A stretch of DNA of 63,075 nucleotides, the filler included, from Octopus bimaculoides (taxonomy: Eukaryota): the NCBI RefSeq assembly GCF_001194135.2. It is 4 parts of 4 records of this genome, joined end to end, with 100 filler letters (N's around TTAATTAATTAA, not from the genome) between each part and the next. Parts side by side here need not be neighbours in the genome. Positions count along the whole stretch, not along the records: positions 43,931 to 63,075 come from NC_068989.1; 3 more parts are not named here. One strand, 5' to 3'. The number at the start of each line of letters is the position of its first letter. Within the stretch, counting starts at the first letter, position 1. The translations under genes were made by a program, and so were the position numbers. Of the stretch, positions 60,748-63,075 are shown piece after piece. The notes beneath the pieces were generated by a model. That model did not search any database. It saw only the letters and a program-made list of their open reading frames with translations, and was not told where the DNA came from.

Positions 60748-62160
60748 TCCCCTCACCTACCACCCCACCACCCTACCTCTCCAACGCACCATTCTCCGAG
60801 CCTTCCGGCGACTCCAGTCCGACCCCTTCACTTCGCACATCTTCCTAACCGACCCCTCCCCTCCTTCAAACGAGCCGACAACCTACGAGACCTCTTGGTC
60901 CACAGCTTCATCCCTAACACAACCTCCCAACCTGGCTCATTCCCCTGCTCCCGCCGACGCTGCCGCACTTGCCCTTACCTCTCCAACACCACTCTCCTCA
61001 CTGGCACCCATCATCAACCCTATCATATCACCGACTCCACCTACACTTCTAGCAATGTCATCTACTGCATCTCCTGCTCTCTCTCTCTGCCCTTCTCTAT
61101 ACATCGAGTAAACGGGACGCCGCTTGGCTGACCGGTTCGAGGAACACCTCCGAGACATCCGACTAAGCAATGACACCCCGGTCTCGCGCCATTTCCGCTC
61201 TACCGGTCACTCTTTGCAACACCTGTCTGTGTTCGGATTGTCCTTGCACAGGGGCCATCCAGATTCCCGTCTTCGTCGTGAACAAGGATTAATCTTCTCT
61301 TTTCACTCCTTTGCGCCACATGGACTCAACTCCCCTCTCCTCTTCATCTAACCCTCCTCCCCTCTCCTCTCTCCTTCTCACACCTACTTCCTCTCATCTA
61401 CCTCTCCATTCTTGCTCCGACTCCTACTTCTTCTCTTCACTCCTACTCTGCTTCTCTCTTCTCTTCACTCCTACCCACATTCTCCCTTCCTCCTCCCTTC
61501 ATTGTCACCCCTCCCTCGTAACCCCACTTCTGCACAATCCAATCCCACCTTCTCTATACATCCCATCCGACCCCACCCCATCCCTTATACCCATTCCCAC
61601 ATACCCCACCTCTACCACCACCCTCAGCCTAACCCACACCCCACCCTTGCTTTCTCCATTCTCGCCTCCCCCACCTCCAGACACCACCACACCACACCAC
61701 ATACCACCACATCACACACCACTATACCAAACCACACCACACCACATCACATCACACTACCACGCACACACTAGCACTGACTACTTCCCAGCCCCACACC
61801 ATCATCTACACACCTACACATGCACACACACACGTCAAGGTCACCAACCCTCTTCCACACGCACATACATGCTCTCTTATACACACGCACGCGCACCTTC
61901 GTTTTGGGATCACCACTACGTTATTATCTCCTATTCTTCCTAGCTCTCATGTGTGACCCCTCTGTCCGGCATTCGTTATGATAGATCACTCACTGCACAT
62001 TCTTTATTTTCTCTCCCTGTTTCTTTCTGTGTTCCTTTTTGTGGAAGAGCGTAGGCTCGAAACATTAAAGACTTTTTCACTTCCCGAGCGTTAAATACAT
62101 CTGTTTGTTGTCTATACCACCTGTCTTCGTCTTTTGTTTTTTTTTTGTGAATTCTCCCCC
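60748..62160 (+). mobile_element. 5'-truncated Penelope-like element (Neptune-type), with pLTR at ~61945-62160
   Basis: GIY-YIG ORF remnant, long pyrimidine/CCACA 3' UTR, pLTR matching 7705-7870 with a decayed hammerhead-like motif at 62035-62070. Confidence 0.88.
60750..61351 (+). pseudogene. PLE ORF C-terminus: Cys-rich linker plus GIY-YIG endonuclease (2 frameshifts, 1 stop)
   Basis: PLTYHP...LPSFKRADNLRDLLVHS...SFPCSRRRCRTCPY...SSNVIYCISC..PSLYIE*TGRRLADRFEEH...PVSRHF...RREQGLIF...PHGLN. Confidence 0.88.
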
Positions 62161-62195
62161 TATGTATGTATGTATGTATGTATGTATGTATCTAT

Positions 62196-62472
62196 GTATG
62201 TATGTTGGAATCTCCCGTCGAAGGCGACGTATGAGTGTTCACTTTCTACTGAGCCAGCTGCACAAATAATGTGATTATGGTGACCATATGTTTGTACTGT
62301 GCATTAGCTCACTTTCCTCCATGAAATCGACGTTACCTGAACAGGTTCACGGTGAACTACATGTCAAGTGTCGAAGTGATCGCCGATCAACGTGTGATGA
62401 AGTATTTTTCTCAAGGAACTGAAACCAGGATCTCGTGATCCTGAGAATAACACCTTAACCACTAGGTCACAC
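62196..62472 (-). mobile_element. SINE F4
   Basis: Head ggttaaggtg..ttgagaaaaatacttc; body and tail gtcgatttcatggag...ctcatacgtcgccttcgacggga match 12960-13122. Confidence 0.7.
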
Positions 62473-62791
62473 AACACACACACACACTTGCGCGCGCATG
62501 TGTGCGTACATGTATGTGTGTATATATGGGATATAGATATTTATATATGAATGGTTAGTGATAACACGAGTAGCCATCATCAAATAAAGGACTGCTGACA
62601 AAAACCGCGAAGAATTAAATATTTATTTATAAATATAATGATTATCGATAATCTGCAAAAAGATCGATCAGATCGATGTTGTTAAACGAATATGTGACAA
62701 GATCGATAACATTGAGACATTCAGCAGTTTGTCATTAAACATTAAATTATATATACATACATACATACATACACACACACACGCGCGCGCG

Positions 62792-62842
<51 letters not shown>

Positions 62843-62845
62843 TTA

Positions 62846-62916
<71 letters not shown>

Positions 62917-63075
62917 AATATATGAGTATATGCATATATATGTACATACCTTCAACTACATGTACATATAGATACATATCTAGGTATATGACGTTGCAAA
63001 AGAACATGGACAAAATGATATGTGTGTGTGTGTGTGTGTATAATTCTTAAACAGGAATGTTGCTGACAGTAACTT

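Overview
AT-rich, repeat-saturated eukaryotic (metazoan) non-coding DNA, with many N gaps and three unsized 100-bp scaffold joins carrying a TTAATTAATTAA linker. The SINE repertoire and extreme microsatellite load suggest a coleoid cephalopod (octopus) genome; this is inference from memory, not a search. Nearly all long ORFs in the track are artefacts of microsatellites or N runs, and I find no intact protein-coding gene. What the sequence supports: (1) more than 50 copies or fragments of five SINE-like families, labelled here A, B/B2, C, E and F; (2) decayed non-LTR retrotransposons: Tx1/L1, R4/Dong, RTE and two Penelope-like GIY-YIG elements; (3) mariner-, pogo/Tigger- and hAT-type non-autonomous DNA transposons and two long-TIR foldback elements; (4) a few low-confidence candidate small exons, mostly on the minus strand. 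Most interesting signals: three different families of minimal hammerhead-ribozyme-like motifs, each with its own palindromic stem III, one in a highly structured retrozyme-like unit at 50.8-51.0 kb; a SINE (B2) whose 3' tail matches a Tx1 LINE 3' UTR; Tx1 copies sitting in (ATT)n tracts; a 563-bp foldback element whose loop is a captured SINE fragment; and a tRNA-like core wrapped in inverted repeats. Family labels are mine and all repeat boundaries are approximate unless a TSD or TIR is quoted.
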